64,000 nt of DNA from a virus. Taxonomy: Duplodnaviria; Caudoviricetes. The notes under the pieces are model-generated. The model saw nothing but the letters and a program-made list of their open reading frames with translations, did no database searches and had not been told where the DNA came from. The translations under genes were made by a program, and so were the position numbers. Shown here one piece after another: positions 19,052 to 28,518 of the stretch (position 1 is the stretch's first letter; the number at the start of each line of letters is the position of its first letter). The DNA lies in IMG/VR virus record IMGVR_UViG_3300021957_000014, positions 22,213-86,212 of that record. One strand, 5' to 3'.

Positions 19052-19359
19052 TAAGTAATAATCTTCTTCTCTGCTGGAACTTCAACTCTAGGAGCTTCTT
19101 TCTTTCCTGTTGCAATGTCATATGCGTCAGCAACACCTTTGTTTGATTCTGTCACAAACACATAGTTGTTAAACACAATCGACTCGGGAGCTTCACATCC
19201 TGTTACCGCTACACCTCTTGCAAATCCCATCCCACCATCGGGGTTTGAAACTATCATTTTTGGTTGAGTCAATGTAATAGTTGTATCCAACTGACTGTCG
19301 AACTCACCTACGTACTCACCACTAATTGCCACTACTGTGACTGTATCACCTTTTTTCAT
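19051..19359 (-). CDS. Hypothetical protein (Sm-like beta fold)
   Basis: GDTVTV...SGEYVG and a terminal KIIT. Coupled to neighbours. Confidence 0.55.
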   Translation of the reverse strand: MKKGDTVTVVAISGEYVGEFDSQLDTTITLTQPKMIVSNPDGGMGFARGVAVTGCEAPESIVFNNYVFVTESNKGVADAYDIATGKKEAPRVEVPAEKKIIT

Positions 19360-19365
19360 AATTAC

Positions 19366-19602
19366 CTACTTGTTAAAGAAACCTGTAATGGTTCCTTGTG
19401 CTGATGAACCCCTGTTTATCATTTTCAAACCAGTTGCTTCTGCTTCTAATTTTTCTTTGAGAGGTTGGGATATTAACCTCTTTGCTGATTCGGGTTCGAC
19501 CTTGTTGTCGTCACAAACTTTTATGATTGCTCCCATAACATCTGTCTTACCACCTATCAATAACTTTTCCACTTGTTCCGTAAATTCTTTTTTACTTATC
19601 AT
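19366..19602 (-). CDS. gp33: Late transcription co-activator gp33
   Basis: F...VE, AI...C....VEPE....LIS.PLKEKLEAEA..L. Adjacent to gp59 and gp32. Confidence 0.9.
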   Translation of the reverse strand: MISKKEFTEQVEKLLIGGKTDVMGAIIKVCDDNKVEPESAKRLISQPLKEKLEAEATGLKMINRGSSAQGTITGFFNK

Positions 19603-19934
19603 CGGTACAGTGCCTCTCCGTCTTTGATAAACGAATGTGTAACTTCTGTAAAACCTTTTCTATCTGAAATCCAATCCTCTTCATCATCAAATGTTTCTGA
19701 ATACTCGATGAGTTCTCTAATAGCATCATCAACATGATAACCATTGAGGTGTGCATAGTTTGGGTCAATTACGTTTTCTATTTCAAACCCAACTTCAACT
19801 TCTCCATCCTCGATGAACTCTTCAATCATGGTATCACATATACCTAAAACTTCTAGTGCTTCTGCACTGATTCTCTTTTCTTTTATTAATGAAACATGAT
19901 GTCCTTCATGCACTCTTATTCTGATATCTTCCAT
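19599..19934 (-). CDS. Acidic hypothetical protein
   Basis: ORF coupled to both neighbours. Confidence 0.6.
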   Translation of the reverse strand: MEDIRIRVHEGHHVSLIKEKRISAEALEVLGICDTMIEEFIEDGEVEVGFEIENVIDPNYAHLNGYHVDDAIRELIEYSETFDDEEDWISDRKGFTEVTHSFIKDGEALYR

Positions 19935-19935
19935 A

Positions 19936-20604
19936 TTATACTCCGTGAAGGTTACCGTACTGTTCTCTTAACTTATATAAATCTTCAACATAGTCCATAG
20001 GGTCTGCTGAGAAGATTTGAAAGCTCCCGTTTTCTAGACTCACAATAGCAGTAATCTCTTCGATTGGTGTTCCTGTAAGTTCTTCCACCATAACTGCATA
20101 TGCAGTCATTTGATAGAACCAAGGTTTTGCCATATACTCTTCCTTAAAAGAAGCTGAGGTCTTGAAATCTATAATGGATAATGCATCTTCGAACACTCCG
20201 ATGCAATCCACACGTCCAGCCATTTCCAAGTGCCTAGAGAGCAATGGTGCCTCTAAAGCAATCGGTACTATTTCATCTAGTACTGGTTGAACTCCTTTAA
20301 ATCTGTTTTCTTCGATGATGTCGGTAAAGGTCAATTCCTTTCCTTCATATCTTAGGTAGTCTTCTACGACTTGGTGGAATGATGTACCACGTTTGGCTGC
20401 ACCAGTTGATATACGATTGGCTGTATCTTCACCAACTCGTTCTCTCCACAATTTGATATGTTCTCGATTGAGTAAACCAACAACGGTTGTTACACTTGGA
20501 TAGTGAAAGTCTTCATCACCATTTGTGTAAAATCTCTTACCGTCTTTTTGAACGGTATGTAAATCTAAGTGTTCTAATTCCCACAGTTCTAATAAATTAC
20601 TCAT
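19936..20604 (-). CDS. PD-(D/E)XK exonuclease (Cas4-like, cyanophage-type)
   Basis: YPSVTTV, W.ERVG, RGT.FH, AGRVDCI, IIDFKTS, Q..AYA.M.EE. Confidence 0.88.
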   Translation of the reverse strand: MSNLLELWELEHLDLHTVQKDGKRFYTNGDEDFHYPSVTTVVGLLNREHIKLWRERVGEDTANRISTGAAKRGTSFHQVVEDYLRYEGKELTFTDIIEENRFKGVQPVLDEIVPIALEAPLLSRHLEMAGRVDCIGVFEDALSIIDFKTSASFKEEYMAKPWFYQMTAYAVMVEELTGTPIEEITAIVSLENGSFQIFSADPMDYVEDLYKLREQYGNLHGV

Positions 20605-20610
20605 AAGTCT

Positions 20611-20639
20611 ATTCTACTTCTTTCTTGATTGAATGTCTA
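20611..20639 (-). promoter_or_regulatory. Sigma70-type promoter 6 nt before the exonuclease ATG
   Basis: TAGACA-N17-TAGAAT-AGACTT-ATG. Confidence 0.55.
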
Positions 20640-20922
20640 GATGCTTTTTAACTATTTCTTTAGTCTTAACTTCTTTGACTCCACGTTGTCTATGTCTGTC
20701 CATAGGTGAGCCTGGGTTTGCAGAAGAAATTTTATTGAGGACTTCTTTGAAGCCATTATCAAGTTTCACCCTGTCACCATGACCACCAACAATGCTTGGC
20801 GTTCCAAGTATAACTTGTTTGAGGTGTGGGTTGTCTTCTTTGAATTGGTCGAGTTTGGTATAAGACATATTATGCTCTTCAATCTCACCAGTTTCATTAT
20901 TTAAAAAATCATATAGAGGCAT
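20614..20922 (-). CDS. FmdB-like small regulatory protein
   Basis: Start re-called at MPLYDF..NETGE. D.GFKEVL.KI motif. Confidence 0.65.
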   Translation of the reverse strand: MPLYDFLNNETGEIEEHNMSYTKLDQFKEDNPHLKQVILGTPSIVGGHGDRVKLDNGFKEVLNKISSANPGSPMDRHRQRGVKEVKTKEIVKKHLDIQSRKK

Positions 20923-21445
20923 ACATAAACTCGGGTGTTGGTCTTGCAGTCCATACTGCAAAATCTTTTTTGTATTTGTTGTAGTATTTATGGTAACCAT
21001 CTATAGATGATTTCATTTTGACATCATCGGGCATACATTGAGGTGGTTCTCTCCACGCACAAAGGTCAATATTGTTTGGTAACTGGTTTAGTAAATCCAG
21101 TAGTTTTTCCTGCGTTAAATGGGCCCTGGCATAACGATGGGTGTACTCCTTACACAAAGCTGCAAATAGGTCATATACAAATTGGTAGTGAACTGCGTTC
21201 TCTCGAACCCATATATTGGATGGGTGGTTGACGTGTGAAGCCTTGTATAAGTTTTCCATTTCACCTTCAAGTCTCCATCTTTGAATTCTACGACCACTCG
21301 AATCGTCAATATAATGTTTACCATCTAACATTCTATGTGCAGTGGACAAAAGCTGAGCGTATTCTATAATCATTTTGACTACATGTTTGTCGCAATGTAG
21401 TTCAGCTGCAATTTCGGGTTCTTCGTGTAAGTAAAATATATTCAT
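20909..21445 (-). CDS. Pyrimidine-dimer DNA glycosylase (DenV)-like protein
   Basis: MNIFYL......A..HCDKHVVKM..E.AQLLSTAHR, YK..H.NHP..IW, EYT.RY, PPQCMPD. Confidence 0.8.
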   Translation of the reverse strand: MNIFYLHEEPEIAAELHCDKHVVKMIIEYAQLLSTAHRMLDGKHYIDDSSGRRIQRWRLEGEMENLYKASHVNHPSNIWVRENAVHYQFVYDLFAALCKEYTHRYARAHLTQEKLLDLLNQLPNNIDLCAWREPPQCMPDDVKMKSSIDGYHKYYNKYKKDFAVWTARPTPEFMYASI

Positions 21446-21945
21446 TTGTAAAAGATGTGGTTGTTAATAGTTACAGTCTCATTCAATGAGTCTGCCCAAT
21501 ACGGATGTACACTGTCATTATGATAATGTGTGGCACCCTCGGTGATATCACCGTAATTATTCCATATAACTGCCCTTGCAGTCATAAGTGCAATATCCCA
21601 TGTGACACTATCTTCGGGTATATCGGATTTACCATCACAAAACCACGAAAATTGACACATATGCCTCACTGGCATTGGATTGCCTTTCCAATTGGTGGCC
21701 CACTTGGCCTGAAAAACAACTGCACAAATATCATCGGGGTAATCTCTACTTTTTACTCGATTTTGCACGACTTGTGCTACTGCAATTTTACCAGCTACCG
21801 GCTGATTACCTGCTTCGAAGTAGATATTCTTTGCCATGCAGAAAATTTCACCATTTGGGTCGGAGGCCTGAACCTTCTGAGAGAAGGAACCAGTCAAAAA
21901 CCCTAAAATTGCACCAAAAACTAAATAGTAATGTCTCATTTTCAT
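21442..21945 (-). CDS. Cell wall hydrolase, SleB / Hydrolase_2 family
   Basis: N-terminal signal or TM segment, then C.A.NIYFEA..Q, AVA.V..NRV, CQFSWFCDG, GATHYH, P.WA, HIFYK. Confidence 0.9.
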   Translation of the reverse strand: MKMRHYYLVFGAILGFLTGSFSQKVQASDPNGEIFCMAKNIYFEAGNQPVAGKIAVAQVVQNRVKSRDYPDDICAVVFQAKWATNWKGNPMPVRHMCQFSWFCDGKSDIPEDSVTWDIALMTARAVIWNNYGDITEGATHYHNDSVHPYWADSLNETVTINNHIFYK

Positions 21946-22148
21946 GATTTATACTCCACCCAAGCCTTAAAAACTGTTTCTGCCTGTTCCCTAGAAAAAC
22001 CGAAGTTTTCCCTTAACCATCTTGGGGCTCCAAACATGTTAATTTCACCACTTTCCTGTAATAGGTCTAATTCGGGAAACCATTCTGCTGGTTCGAACGG
22101 CAAATCTGCCGATGATAGTTGATTTTGGTTCAAATGAAAATTACTCAT
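21942..22148 (-). CDS. Hypothetical protein
   Basis: LQESGEINMFGAP motif. Coupled ORF. Confidence 0.6.
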   Translation of the reverse strand: MSNFHLNQNQLSSADLPFEPAEWFPELDLLQESGEINMFGAPRWLRENFGFSREQAETVFKAWVEYKS

Positions 22149-22390
22149 AAGTTTTCTATCTCCTTCAGATGGAACTCAACGTCCTCGTCTGATAAATGTC
22201 CTAAGACATCACTAGTTACACTAGTATTATAACACAACTCACCGTTTTTGAGAACCGCCAATTCCCATAAATCGTTTTTTCCGCCATATGACATGTCATG
22301 CTTGACTACACTGGCACCGTAACCATTATGAAACTGGTGTACAATCTGTACACCGTTCAATTCTAACATTGTGTTCTCTTCAACAATCAC
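22145..22390 (-). CDS. Hypothetical phage protein
   Basis: F.NGYGASVV....SYGG...LWELAVL motif, recurrent in phages. Confidence 0.65.
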   Translation of the reverse strand: MIVEENTMLELNGVQIVHQFHNGYGASVVKHDMSYGGKNDLWELAVLKNGELCYNTSVTSDVLGHLSDEDVEFHLKEIENL

Positions 22391-22554
22391 GTGTTGTCGC
22401 CATCTTTATATTTGACATCATCTTTGTCAAACTGTTTACGTTTTTCCCATGGAAACGGTTTATTAATGTGTAAACCTGCGAAGGTTAAGGACGCCATAAT
22501 TACACATAAGAGAAACCCACCAATCGCACTAATTTGTACTACTTCCTGTTCCAT
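22387..22554 (-). CDS. Small single-TM hypothetical protein
   Basis: Start re-called at MEQEVV. One hydrophobic helix. Confidence 0.5.
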   Translation of the reverse strand: MEQEVVQISAIGGFLLCVIMASLTFAGLHINKPFPWEKRKQFDKDDVKYKDGDNT

Positions 22555-22555
22555 A

Positions 22556-22768
22556 TTAATACCCACTCGTTGTGTGAGCGTATTCATCGGGACAAGCTTC
22601 TTCCCCACAGATGCATACGTTCTCATCAAATTCCAATTCCGTTTGGAATGGATTCATATCAGCAGCGTTGGTAGTACCATACGTTGCTAGATTCATGACA
22701 TCGTCGGCTGTCAATTTACCTTCTGTACGTTCTGCAATTAGTTTTGCACTTTCGTAATCTAAACTCAT
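22556..22768 (-). CDS. Hypothetical protein with C-terminal CxC..C..H motif
   Basis: SD AGGAG. CICGEEACPDEYAHTTSGY. Confidence 0.6.
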   Translation of the reverse strand: MSLDYESAKLIAERTEGKLTADDVMNLATYGTTNAADMNPFQTELEFDENVCICGEEACPDEYAHTTSGY

Positions 22769-22777
22769 ATTATTCTC

Positions 22778-23137
22778 CTATGAATTTGCATTGTAGTCGG
22801 CTTTGATATTACCACCAACAATTAGGTTTACTAAATCATCTGCAATGTAGGACTTTCCACCTACATGCCATTGACATTCGTTTAGAGGGACATGTCCGTC
22901 CTTCCAGTTATAAATCGTGACCAGTTCACGGTCATAGTCATAGTCTTCCATACCTTCTTCTTCGAAGTACTTGACATTCAGCACCCACTCGCAATTAACC
23001 TTTGCATATGGGTCTGCATCTGTGTAGGTTGGTTTACCAAACAATGACACTAGAGTGTCATAACAAGTGGTTACATAACCTTTGAGTGATGTCCCGCCGA
23101 CACCCTCTGATTCAATTTCGTATTCTTTTATTATCAT
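22778..23137 (-). CDS. Hypothetical phage protein
   Basis: GTSLKGYV...Y..L...FG.P, TIYNWK and WHVGG motifs. Confidence 0.65.
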   Translation of the reverse strand: MIIKEYEIESEGVGGTSLKGYVTTCYDTLVSLFGKPTYTDADPYAKVNCEWVLNVKYFEEEGMEDYDYDRELVTIYNWKDGHVPLNECQWHVGGKSYIADDLVNLIVGGNIKADYNANS

Positions 23138-23487
23138 ATTGCATTTACCTCGCTAATTAATTCTGACACATCGCCCACCCATGTAGGATTGTCGATTTCA
23201 TCGGAACGGAAAGTTCCCTCGATTTGTTCAATCGAAGTGATGTAGTCGAATGAACCATTCAACCCATTATACCTATTGACATGTTTCATGACCAATGCAG
23301 CTGCACTAGCCTCAGTCAAACTAGGTGCATGGTAGTAAGAGTGTTCGCCCTCACCATAAGCATTCTCCTCGTACACGAGGGTTTCGACATCGAACCCAAT
23401 GACGTAGTCTGACCCGCCCTTGAACTTATGGAAGTTGTCTCCATACTCTTCAAGATTTTGGGTGGTGATTACATATTGGTTTCTCAT
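23134..23487 (-). CDS. Hypothetical early protein
   Basis: Start re-called at MRNQYV behind SD AAGGA. KFKGGSDY motif. Confidence 0.6.
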   Translation of the reverse strand: MRNQYVITTQNLEEYGDNFHKFKGGSDYVIGFDVETLVYEENAYGEGEHSYYHAPSLTEASAAALVMKHVNRYNGLNGSFDYITSIEQIEGTFRSDEIDNPTWVGDVSELISEVNAI

Positions 23488-23519
23488 AATTCTTTCCTTT
23501 GTTTTTTCATTATATACAT

Positions 23520-23549
23520 AGTATATCAAAAAGCCAGGGCCATTGTCAA
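23520..23549 (-). promoter_or_regulatory. Early promoter, 18-bp-spacer class
   Basis: TTGACA-N18-TATACT, with GCTTTTTGA before the -10. Confidence 0.8.
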
Positions 23550-23789
23550 GGCATTCTTAATTAAAAATAGTAGACCTACTGCATTGAGTAGTATCAATGC
23601 CCTGTCGTTCCATATAAAGGACACCCACAACCACAAAGTAATTCCAATCATAGAAAGACCTAGGTCATAGTGTGCCATACCCTCGATACCTCTTAGAGAC
23701 ATCGCTGCAAGAACGAATACACATGCAGCCCACTTAACATACCAATCAGTGGTATGCTTAGGGGTTACACTTTTTTTCAACTTTTTCAT
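23526..23789 (-). CDS. Small three-TM membrane protein
   Basis: Start re-called at MKKLKK. KW.A....L, G..LWLWVS..W.DRALI.LN. Confidence 0.6.
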   Translation of the reverse strand: MKKLKKSVTPKHTTDWYVKWAACVFVLAAMSLRGIEGMAHYDLGLSMIGITLWLWVSFIWNDRALILLNAVGLLFLIKNALTMALAF

Positions 23790-24160
23790 TTCAGATAATC
23801 CGGCCCGTACTTTCTCATTCCAGTGATTTTGTATCCACCGTCCATGAAGAGATTTCCTCTTGCTGAATTTAATGCTGGGGTTGCCCATCCAGCAGACATA
23901 AGAACGTCACCACACAAAAAGGTAGTATCTTTCTTATTAGTCCATTCTGACTTATTAATGAAACCCCAAACTGATTTTTGGTTTCCACTGTCGGTGATAA
24001 TCTTAATATACTTCCTAGACACTTTATAAGAGTAGGAATAATCAGTAAGAGTTGGGAACTGCTCAAGATGAGCAGCCGTCAAGTCTTCAACCAAGTTGTC
24101 ACACAATTGAAGCAACTCTTGTTCTTGGTTTACTTCGTTCACTAGTGCTGACAATTTCAT
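23786..24160 (-). CDS. Hypothetical phage protein
   Basis: RKYIKI, SVWGFI and GDVLM.A.WATPA..ARGN motifs. Confidence 0.65.
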   Translation of the reverse strand: MKLSALVNEVNQEQELLQLCDNLVEDLTAAHLEQFPTLTDYSYSYKVSRKYIKIITDSGNQKSVWGFINKSEWTNKKDTTFLCGDVLMSAGWATPALNSARGNLFMDGGYKITGMRKYGPDYLK

Positions 24161-24411
24161 TACGCTGCCTCCAACATAGTTAAAGGAACTGAATATCTAC
24201 CCTCTGGCAGTTCTACAGTTGCTCTTGATATCTTGACTTTAATTAAAGTCCCCAAAGTCCTTTTAGTCTTTTGGACTACGTAGACTTTTGCACCTTCGAC
24301 CAAAGAGGTCTTGGCATTCAGTTTCTTCACTTCATTACAAAGTGCGATAACTTCATTCAACTCTGCAAGAGAGCTTAAAGAAGTGATTTTGGTTTTTAAT
24401 GATTGGTTCAT
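24160..24411 (-). CDS. Hypothetical protein (SH3-like C-terminus)
   Basis: Start re-called behind SD AGGAG. Directly downstream of a promoter. Confidence 0.6.
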   Translation of the reverse strand: MNQSLKTKITSLSSLAELNEVIALCNEVKKLNAKTSLVEGAKVYVVQKTKRTLGTLIKVKISRATVELPEGRYSVPLTMLEAA

Positions 24412-24441
24412 AGTGTCTCCTTGATTTTTCATTATATACAT

Positions 24442-24471
24442 AGTATACCAAAAAGCTTAGCCTGCTGTCAA
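24442..24471 (-). promoter_or_regulatory. Early promoter, 18-bp-spacer class
   Basis: TTGACA-N18-TATACT. Leader nearly identical to that of the 23520 promoter. Confidence 0.8.
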
Positions 24472-24738
24472 GGCCTCACGCTCTTTAATATATGCAAGTA
24501 CTGAATCTTGTTCAAGGGGGGTTAGGTCGTTCACTGTCTTGAACCTCGAATAGGTCAACCCTATCGTGGTCATTTTATTGCCTGCTGTGACCGCTGCATT
24601 CCATAGACGTAGTGACTCTTCGTCATTGCCTGGATGTAGTTCACCCATCTCACAGGCGGTTATAATCTCCCTACCTAACTTAACAATGTGCATTTGGGAT
24701 TCGGGGGACGTGTATATACTATCACGATGTTTTCTCAT
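24457..24738 (-). CDS. Hypothetical early protein
   Basis: SD AGGAG. Has its own promoter. Confidence 0.6.
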   Translation of the reverse strand: MRKHRDSIYTSPESQMHIVKLGREIITACEMGELHPGNDEESLRLWNAAVTAGNKMTTIGLTYSRFKTVNDLTPLEQDSVLAYIKEREALTAG

Positions 24739-24773
24739 GTTTAACTCCTAAAGTTATTTCTTTATTGGAGTAC

Positions 24774-24803
24774 AGTATATCAAAAAGCGGGGGGTGCTGT
24801 AAA
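24774..24803 (-). promoter_or_regulatory. Early promoter, 18-bp-spacer class
   Basis: TTTACA-N18-TATACT with GCTTTTTGA. Confidence 0.75.
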
Positions 24804-24809
24804 GGCCTT

Positions 24810-25055
24810 TTATAAACTCTTTTGTATGTCGTCTAGTTCTTTAAGTTTCTTATTGATGATGTCTACTCTATTGGGCCAATAGATATAGTCCTTGTCTGAA
24901 TCCTTTGCAAGATTCTCAAGTAGGGGTCTCACAAAATTATCAAGTTTGTTGATTACATCCGTTGCAGTTGTAGTCTTCTCAATAATCTTTGTATCAATGG
25001 CTGCAAGTTCATCTGCATCCATCGCTGTAAATCCGAAATCGTTGTATTCTGTCAT
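24810..25055 (-). CDS. Conserved T4-like hypothetical protein (DFGFTA...DYIYWPNR)
   Basis: Recognisable motif pair. Late promoter directly upstream. Confidence 0.7.
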   Translation of the reverse strand: MTEYNDFGFTAMDADELAAIDTKIIEKTTTATDVINKLDNFVRPLLENLAKDSDKDYIYWPNRVDIINKKLKELDDIQKSL

Positions 25056-25060
25056 AGTAT

Positions 25061-25068
25061 TATTTATA
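25061..25068 (-). promoter_or_regulatory. Late promoter TATAAATA
   Basis: Exact consensus 5 nt before ATG 25055. Confidence 0.8.
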
Positions 25069-25660
25069 ACGAATCAGTGTGTAAATGATAGTAAACTTCC
25101 TTTAAAGTTTCCTTGTCACTCTGCACGTCTTGGTAGTTTGCATGTGCTTGTAGTGTCACGTCTGCAATCTCATAGTCGGGATAGGACGTAATCAGTTTGT
25201 AGATAAGTCCAGCAACGTCTTGGTGTTTGACACTAGGTAGATTCTCATCGTTGAGAAGACCTAAATTGATTGTGGTCATTTTATATCTCTTCTTAGAATT
25301 GTATTGTAGATTATTTGCAAGGTGATTGAGTTGTGCTTTCTCTGATGCGTAAACAAATCCTTTTGAAATATTCGGCTGGGCTGCTCGACTTGAGATATTG
25401 ATAATAGTCTTAGACTTGTCTGTCTCCCATGCCTTATGTGCAATCGATAGAATCTTAGATTGGTCTACATGTGCAAGATTGATTAGAACATCACAAGGTC
25501 TATGACCGCTGCTGAATAACCAGCAGTTAGTTCCATTCATTGTAATGTCTTCACAACGAATTGTGTCTACTGTAATAACCTCTCCTTGAAAGGGTGTTGC
25601 TTCTAGTGTGTCTTTGATTGTCTTTGCAAGACCACTACTTCCTGTTATTGCTACTCTCAT
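25064..25660 (-). CDS. Short-chain dehydrogenase/reductase-like protein
   Basis: VAITGSSGLA Rossmann motif, DVLINLA, IINISS and catalytic YASEK (YxxxK). Confidence 0.8.
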   Translation of the reverse strand: MRVAITGSSGLAKTIKDTLEATPFQGEVITVDTIRCEDITMNGTNCWLFSSGHRPCDVLINLAHVDQSKILSIAHKAWETDKSKTIINISSRAAQPNISKGFVYASEKAQLNHLANNLQYNSKKRYKMTTINLGLLNDENLPSVKHQDVAGLIYKLITSYPDYEIADVTLQAHANYQDVQSDKETLKEVYYHLHTDSL

Positions 25661-26633
25661 AATATTCACTCACTATGTCGAAAGATTGCTTGCCGAACAA
25701 GCTGCCATCGACACTGCACTTGTTACAGGGGGACATAGACCTGTCACCCTTCATTAATTTCTTTCTAATCTTATTCATAGGTTTAGAGAACCATACATTA
25801 TGTAGGGTCTCTGATAACAAGTTGCCTACAACATGTTCTCTACCCCAGTCATTGGAACAGAATAAAACATCACCATTCCAATCAACAAACATTTTATAAA
25901 AAGGATAATGACACGGTTTACCTTGTAACGCTTCAATTGTACTCTCCTCAATTCCTACCCAATCCATTACACCACTTCTATTGTTTAGTATCAATCCATG
26001 ATTTGCCATGTCACCCCAATGCATACGATACTTGTATTTCGTTTCGGGAATCGTTTTCATTATCTTATCGAAGTGTTCCATCTGTTCGATACCATCATAT
26101 AGATTGATGTAGAGTAAATCCAATCCACTAAATTCGAATAACTCTTCTGCATATTCTCTAGTGAGTTTATCTCCGTTCGTGTTGCATTCTATTGTTGCAT
26201 AAGGAACTGCTGACCTAAAGGTATGAACGATTTCTCTGAACCTTGGGTTAAGTAGATTCTCTCCGTATCCACTTAAAGATATCTTCCCTCTAAATCCATT
26301 CTTATGTAATTCATCTCCAATGGTCTTTGCAGCCTTGGGAGTCATATGTAAATTTCTATTTGGGAATACTTCGGGATTTGCACGTGGACAAAATGAACAT
26401 GTCCTGTTGCATAACTCTGTAGTGTTAACTTCAACTGTAAGAATAGAACTGAGTTCATTCAGTTGGTCTTGTCGACTCCAATGTTTCTCTTCCTGTTCTC
26501 TACGATGTTCTAGAAAGTCGTATTGGTCTACTGCTTTAATCGGTATGTTACGTATCGACACGCCTGCACCTAATGTGTCTTTCTTCTCCATCCAAAACCT
26601 GTTCTTGGTAAGAAAACTCGATTGTGTCGCCAA
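25635..26633 (-). CDS. Radical SAM protein with SPASM/twitch domain (true start probably near 26560-26590)
   Basis: CNRTCSFC (CxxxCxxC), SGYGE.LL, NTNG, C..PF....VDWNGDV.FC..D, GNL and terminal C..C. Confidence 0.9.
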   Translation of the reverse strand: MATQSSFLTKNRFWMEKKDTLGAGVSIRNIPIKAVDQYDFLEHRREQEEKHWSRQDQLNELSSILTVEVNTTELCNRTCSFCPRANPEVFPNRNLHMTPKAAKTIGDELHKNGFRGKISLSGYGENLLNPRFREIVHTFRSAVPYATIECNTNGDKLTREYAEELFEFSGLDLLYINLYDGIEQMEHFDKIMKTIPETKYKYRMHWGDMANHGLILNNRSGVMDWVGIEESTIEALQGKPCHYPFYKMFVDWNGDVLFCSNDWGREHVVGNLLSETLHNVWFSKPMNKIRKKLMKGDRSMSPCNKCSVDGSLFGKQSFDIVSEYYESSNNRK

Positions 26634-27048
26634 TGTCGATTACTCCTTCAGTAAAGTATTGTGGTATGATAAAAAACTGTGCTGATTTGTCTTCTGAAAT
26701 CATACAACTTTGTGGGTCACCATGTCTATTATAAAGATATGGTCTAATGTGTAATCCGTCTGTTTGCCTGTCGTGTGCTGAGAAAATTAACTCACCATCT
26801 TCAAGATAGAGATTTACAAAGGGGGTATCGTATTGGATTCCTAAGCGGATTGTATATTCAAGGGGAAAGTTTAAACGTAGAACGTCATCTTCAATATCGT
26901 GAAAACGTTCTACGTATCTGTGACTTACTTTGTCTAATTCAAGGGGTAGTACTTCTGATTCCTTAGAAGTAACCACCGTCTCGCACAGTATCATTGTCAT
27001 TATCATTTCCTTCATCACTGTCGACTGCTGATACGAATGACCCATCAT
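26548..27048 (-). CDS. Hypothetical protein (true start probably near 26970)
   Basis: Fills the gap between the acidic protein and the radical SAM gene. Confidence 0.5.
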   Translation of the reverse strand: MMGHSYQQSTVMKEMIMTMILCETVVTSKESEVLPLELDKVSHRYVERFHDIEDDVLRLNFPLEYTIRLGIQYDTPFVNLYLEDGELIFSAHDRQTDGLHIRPYLYNRHGDPQSCMISEDKSAQFFIIPQYFTEGVIDIGDTIEFSYQEQVLDGEERHIRCRRVDT

Positions 27049-28450
27049 CCTGTAGTGATTGTATTAATTCATCTGTTTGGTCTTGAAATGATTCAATCAA
27101 TTGTGCTTTTGTTTGAGACTTATCAAGTGTAAAGTTTAAATCCGTTCCAGCTTTAATAATAGCACTCTTAGTCATTGCATCTAATTCTGCACTAGACGGA
27201 ATTGTAATTTCGTCATATACTTCTTCTTCTTCAATGTCTGTTTGTGCATCAATCTTTGCTTGTGCAGCTGCAAGTAATTCTTCTTCACTATCATATGAAG
27301 GGATTGTCTTTTCAGCTGGTGCCTTTACTGAGTCACCTGTCTGTAGAGTTTCTGCTCTTGGTTTAAAATTACCACCAGTGATTACTGGTTTTGCTAAGGA
27401 CGATTCAGTTCTAGTATCTTCTTCCTGTACTGAGAACTCTGAACCTAATGGTTCTACTTCGTCTGATACTTCAAACCCTTGGTCTTCTTCAATCTCTTGT
27501 CTGAATGCCTGTTTGGTTTCTTCTACCCTTGCATTGAAATCTGCATCGGTTGAGATTGCTTCATCCCACTCTTCGGGTGTTGCATCATTGATTGATTTGT
27601 AGGACTCATCCGTAATCACTTCGTCAGCAAATGCAACTTCGTTAACTCTATCAACTTCATCAAAGAAAGACTCGGTTGTATTCCCTTGTGGTTGATATCT
27701 TGTATCAGACTGTGGTGTATCTAAAGGAACGAAAGGTTCGACTTCTGTCGGGTCAACAAATGTTGTTTCATTTACTTCTACGTCTGTTCCAACATCAACT
27801 GTATCTTCTGTAGCAGGATTCATTGCACGTGCAAGACCCATGTTACCTGTTGCCTTACTAGGTTTTGCTAGAGGGGTTTGTTGTACAGGTGCTGGTTGTG
27901 GAATTTCGTATCCATGTTTCTTGGCAAGTATTGCGACTTCGTCAGCAGACATTTCAACAAAACCATCTTTGTTTAATGTACCTTGTTTAACACCGATAAC
28001 TCCGTCACCGTTTAAGTCAACACCAATCCCATGTGATGCAAGAACAGCTTCAAGTTGTGCAATCTTATTGTTTGCTTCTTTCCTTGCAATCCTTTCGTCT
28101 GCAAGTCTTTGCTGTTGTTCTTGTTGTGATTTTTCAAATGCCTGTGCCTTTGCAAGTTGGTCAGCAGCGATAAGTTCTTGAGACCTACGTTGTGCATTCT
28201 CGACAATCTGATTGTACTCTGCTAATCCAGCAGCGTATTCTTCGGTTACAGTATGCAATGGTACAAGTTCACCTTGGGTGACCTTACCACTTTGTAGATG
28301 TGATTGAATCAGTGCATTAACAACCCCAGCACTGTTGACGGTAAATCCTACTTTGTAGTCAGCAATTCTTTGTTGAATTCTTTCTAACTCTGTAGGTTCG
28401 GGTTTTTCTTGTGCAAACTGTGACACAGTTTGATTTTCATTTGTTGCCAT
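26963..28450 (-). CDS. Large acidic, partly disordered protein with coiled coil, DLNGDG loop and C-terminal Rho-N/HeH-like motif
   Basis: Q/E coiled coil, VDLNGDGVIG, a long D/E-rich region and LDAMTKSAI...LDKSQTKAQLIE. Confidence 0.6.
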   Translation of the reverse strand: MATNENQTVSQFAQEKPEPTELERIQQRIADYKVGFTVNSAGVVNALIQSHLQSGKVTQGELVPLHTVTEEYAAGLAEYNQIVENAQRRSQELIAADQLAKAQAFEKSQQEQQQRLADERIARKEANNKIAQLEAVLASHGIGVDLNGDGVIGVKQGTLNKDGFVEMSADEVAILAKKHGYEIPQPAPVQQTPLAKPSKATGNMGLARAMNPATEDTVDVGTDVEVNETTFVDPTEVEPFVPLDTPQSDTRYQPQGNTTESFFDEVDRVNEVAFADEVITDESYKSINDATPEEWDEAISTDADFNARVEETKQAFRQEIEEDQGFEVSDEVEPLGSEFSVQEEDTRTESSLAKPVITGGNFKPRAETLQTGDSVKAPAEKTIPSYDSEEELLAAAQAKIDAQTDIEEEEVYDEITIPSSAELDAMTKSAIIKAGTDLNFTLDKSQTKAQLIESFQDQTDELIQSLQDDGSFVSAVDSDEGNDNDNDTVRDGGYF

Positions 28451-28498
28451 AATTTAGGTTTCTCCATGGAGCAGAACTAGACTAGAAAGTTGTTTACT

Positions 28499-28518
28499 GA
28501 AGTTGATATATCAACTTC
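28499..28518. repeat. Perfect 20-bp palindrome GAAGTTGATATATCAACTTC
   Basis: Self-complementary. Lies in the leader between a CTAAATA late-like promoter (about 28554-28560) and ATG 28450. Confidence 0.85.

Noticed and set aside
19936-20604. Cas4-like nuclease as evidence for a CRISPR system
   Set aside because: No repeat-spacer array or other cas gene is visible. This exonuclease is a standard gene of marine T4-like phages.
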